A DNA stretch of 32,000 nt from the NCBI GenBank assembly GCA_004563595.2, contig CP042461.1, positions 240,001 through 272,000 on the forward strand, read 5' to 3'. Position numbers and translations under genes: made by a program. This document shows positions 29,157-32,000 of the stretch, in pieces; the first letter of the stretch is position 1, and each line of letters begins with the position of its first letter. Source of the DNA: Candidatus Saccharimonadota bacterium. Its GTDB lineage: Bacteria; Patescibacteriota; Gracilibacteria; BD1-5; UBA6164. A model generated the notes under the pieces. That model was not told the DNA's origin. It made no database searches and saw only the letters and a list, made by a program, of their open reading frames with translations.

Positions 29157-30983
29157 ATGTTAAAAAAACTTATTCTATTACTTCTCTGTTTCCTACTGTC
29201 TTTTTGAGCGAGTTTTGCTTGAGAGGTGAAAGTAGAAAATATTTTTTCGGATATAGGTACAAATTATAAATATCTAGAAGATCTACAGACCTTGTATGAT
29301 AAGTGAATCATTACTCCAGATTCAAGTGGGAAATTTAACCCATATCAATTATTAACTCGTGAAGAATTTGTATGAATCTTAACGGAAGTAAGTTGTAAAA
29401 AATGTATTAAACCATATACCGTTCAGGAATTGGTGGATACATATTCTGGGAAAGATGTTTATTTTGATATTAATGAACAAAACAAGTATTTTTATTGTAT
29501 TGCAGATGCAAATGATAATTGATATGTAAGTTGATACCATCCATGAACTACTTGTGATAATGGAACAAATAAAGAATGAGAGAGGCCATTCTGTCCACAA
29601 AATAATATCACTTTAGAAGAGTCCATAGCAGTTGTCCTGAGATCATCGAATATATTATCAAACAGTGAGGCAGAAGCTATCAGAATTGAGATAGCAAATG
29701 GATTAATAACTGAAAGTATTGCAGATGATGTATTTCCAATAAATGGAGATGGAAGTGTGAATTCATTTTACCCAGATCTCAGAAAAGCATTAGAGTATGA
29801 AGTCGTGAGTTATGATACATCATGAAATGAAAAGATTTTTAAATTATTAGAAAAAACAAACGGTAAAATTAGACCAAAAAAGCATATCACAAAAGAAGAG
29901 TTTTTACATATAGCATTTGTAGCTCTTCAAGCAAATAGTTGTATTGATATACAAAGAAACACATTGGCCCTTGAGATGAACATTTATGATCAAACTTGTT
30001 CTCAGTGAGACACCAGTTGTGAACTATCATCTCTGAGTAATACAAATAACACTTATGATTTCACATCTGAGATTTGATGAGTATGTGATGCAGGGATCAG
30101 CAGCCAATGATACATTTGGAGGTTTTATAATGAAACTACTGGAGAAGAGATAAAAAAATATTGAGAGTACCTTGATAATTATAGATTTCTGAGTTCTTGA
30201 ACTTGGAAAGTGTTTTTAAGGGTAGTTGATAACTGTGGGAATACTTGAGAAGTTTATAATATGTTGAGTATTGGACTCGATAATCAAGATAATAATACAT
30301 GAGCTGAGAATAACACATGATCAGGTAGTGATATATGATCAGATAATAATTCGTTAAATGTAACGATAGATGTGAATCCTATATTCTGACCTGGTCCATT
30401 AAATATAGATTTAGAATGATTGGTGTCATGATGAGAATGACCATATTCATATGAATGGAATTATTGAGATGGAGGTGGCTGATTTGGAGAAAATGTAAAT
30501 TATATTTTCATAAATGAATGATCATATACCGTTATATTACAAGTAACTGATAAGGATTGAAAAATTTGATATGCCAGTGTTTGAATTCTTGTAAAAGATT
30601 TAGGAGATATAAATACCGATAGTGATGGTGATGGAGTCAGTGATATTTTAGATAGTTGTCCACTTATCAACTGAGCACAAGAAAATAATGGTTGTCCAAT
30701 CTTGGATACCATTTGTCAAAGTGATTCAAACTGTTCTTCTGGTTACTATTGTAAAGAGAGTAATAATAGCAAAAATATATGCGTTCCTAAAGAGGTTTCA
30801 AATAGTTGTGTTTATGATTGATGAACAACGTTTTTCTGAAATGCTGTTTGTAATAGCTGTCCTTGTGGAAATTTCTTAGACTTCAATGCTTCATTGAGAA
30901 ATTGTGATGTCATATTTCCAGCGATCACATCAAAGGATGGAACAGAAATCTACAGTAAATGAAAGAACTATTTAATAAAATAA
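29157..30983 (+). CDS. Secreted cell-surface protein: SLH-like repeat(s), PKD-like domain(s), thrombospondin-type-3 Ca-binding repeat, Cys-rich C-terminus
   Basis: Signal peptide. FSDIGTNYKYLEDLQTLYDKGIITPDSSGKFNPYQLLTREEF (SLH). PYSYEWNYGDGG...YTVILQVTDKDG (PKD). DSDGDGVSDILDSCP (TSP3). TAA at 30981-30983. Confidence 0.75.
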
Positions 30984-31010
30984 AAAAGATTCCTAATGGA
31001 ATCTTTTTTA
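30983..31010. terminator. Bidirectional intrinsic terminator
   Basis: aagattcc taat ggaatctt hairpin with flanking A- and T-runs. Confidence 0.75.
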
Positions 31011-31721
31011 TTTTCTAAAACTTTCTAATATTTCATGAGCAATTTGTTTTCAACCGAGTCAAAATGCAAGTCCTCAAGCGATAGTCAGCATTGATATGAA
31101 TCATACAAGAATAGTATTTATGATAAATGTATCAACTATTTTTGTATAGTTTAACACAAGCATAAGCGTAAAAAATAGGATTATTATTTTTGCACCACTG
31201 GCAATGATTCTACTTGTTTTTTGTTTGGTTAGGCTGAGAGTGTGATAGACAACATCATACACAAAGTTTGCAAATCTAATACCAAAGAATCAGATGATAA
31301 CTCAGATGAAAAGGCTCGGGAGGTATGCGAGTAAGTCTCATAGAAATACTTCTACTTCTTTGATTCAGATTACAATGATGGCAAACCTGAAGAATGCTAG
31401 GAATATATAGTATGAAATAGATCTTGCCGCGATTTCGTCTATTTTTACCTTTTGGCTGAGTTTTTTAGGAGCTGTTTTTTCTGACTCTTTTTTATCTTTA
31501 TCATGCTCTTCATCAAACTTGAGGGTGATTCTATCAATAATATCTAGTATATTAAATTTTTTGAAGAGATATTTTACAAATTTATGGATCGCAATTGATA
31601 TAAGGACTCAAAAGGCAAGTATGATCAGGGCTCATATAAATTTTGGGAGATAGAGCTCTATATTTCAGAGTATTACGGTGTAGAGGTTGTTTATTATTTT
31701 GTCTATATCAAAGTTAAACAT
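31008..31721 (-). CDS. Membrane protein with conserved TM-helix repeats (mechanosensitive-channel-related family)
   Basis: ATG 31721 to TAA 31008-31010 with TGA=Gly. Repeated hydrophobic helices ending ...LTIAGGLAFGLGGKQIAHEILESFRK. Confidence 0.6.
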
Positions 31722-31790
31722 AAGTATTTTCTTGAAAATATTAAGGTATATATACAGGATACCACAAAATCAAAAAAAGCAAAAATAAAT

Positions 31791-31818
31791 TTGACTAAAA
31801 ATCAATATTTCATATACT
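31791..31818 (+). promoter_or_regulatory. Promoter of the tRNA(UCA) gene
   Basis: TTGACT (31791-31796), 16-nt spacer, TATACT (31813-31818), about 56 nt upstream of the tRNA. Confidence 0.5.
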
Positions 31819-31874
31819 CACATCTGCAAATATTTGAGTGATTGCGTGTCGTTTTTACCAAAATATCTGTCTGA

Positions 31875-31953
31875 GCGAGGGTAACATAAAAGAGTGAGTG
31901 TACTAAGGCTTCAACCCTTGGGTGTGCGAGTTCAAACCTCGTCCCTCGCTCCA
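31875..31953 (+). tRNA. tRNA-Gly with anticodon UCA (the UGA decoder of genetic code 25)
   Basis: Acceptor GCGAGGG/CCCTCGC (G1:C72, C2:G71, G3:C70), discriminator U73, encoded CCA. Anticodon stem TAAGG/CCTTG with loop CTTCAAC (TCA at 31911-31913). T-arm GCGAG-TTCAAAC-CTCGT. The D region is atypical. Confidence 0.75.
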
Positions 31954-31976
31954 ATAAAAAATTTAAATCAAAAAAG

Positions 31977-32000
31977 CCTCTATTTAATTAAAAATAGAGG
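31977..32000. terminator. Terminator hairpin after tRNA(UCA), truncated by the window end
   Basis: cctctattt aattaa aaatagagg, a 9-bp stem. The T-run would lie beyond the window. Confidence 0.5.

Noticed and set aside
1-32000. TGA = Trp (table 4, Mycoplasma-type) as the explanation for the broken ORFs
   Set aside because: TGA falls on invariant Gly positions of P-loops, PRTase and FolD motifs. Trp positions use TGG. The tRNA with anticodon UCA carries Gly (not Trp) identity elements.
1-32000. Prophage, ICE or IS element
   Set aside because: No integrase, transposase, relaxase, capsid or terminase-like motifs were seen in any frame that I translated. The only mobile-element-like signals are the tRNA-linked repeats and the 118-bp inverted repeat.

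Overview
Low-GC bacterial chromosome fragment that only reads sensibly with UGA = glycine (translation table 25, a Gracilibacteria/Absconditabacteria-type CPR lineage). The standard-code ORF track shatters almost every real gene. TGA falls on invariant Gly positions (Walker A loops, PRTase and FolD motifs), TGG still encodes Trp, and a tRNA with anticodon UCA and Gly identity elements lies at 31875-31953. I re-translated by hand with TGA = Gly and found about 30 genes.

Gene content, left to right:
- ABC-F ATPase 3' end and a ComF-like PRTase.
- A three-gene flavinylation / transmembrane electron-transfer module (FMN-binding lipoprotein, ApbE, ferredoxin-FNR-membrane fusion), 2333-5133.
- A metal-efflux operon (Met-rich secreted protein, very long membrane-fusion protein, CusA/CzcA-type RND pump, Met/His-rich lipoprotein), 5203-10949, divergent from an ATM1/HMT1-like ABC exporter.
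- An SLH-anchored esterase and a VOC-fold protein.
- A string of single-gene units (purB, polysaccharide-lyase-like protein, Fic, GNAT, small membrane protein). Each is bounded by copies of a conserved terminator hairpin plus a degenerate copy of the tRNA-Pro 3' end, and the string abuts a tRNA-Gly(UCC)-Ile-Pro cluster.
- dsbA-like and folD genes.
- A membrane-anchored hypothetical protein and a pilin-like protein with a FISUMP-type C-terminal domain.
- An orphan VirD4/TraD-like ATPase.
- A SpoU methyltransferase followed by a 118-bp inverted repeat.
- An SLH/PKD/TSP3 surface protein and a TM-helix-repeat membrane protein.

Most notable observations:
1. The tRNA-Pro-linked cassette array.
2. 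purB is the only long gene with no TGA codon at all, which suggests a foreign standard-code origin.
3. The ApbE-linked electron-transfer module.
4. An RND system with no outer-membrane factor and a roughly 300-aa insert in its adaptor.

Limits: all functions are assigned from motifs I recognise by eye. No searches were run. Start codons are provisional. I did not check every codon of the RND pump.
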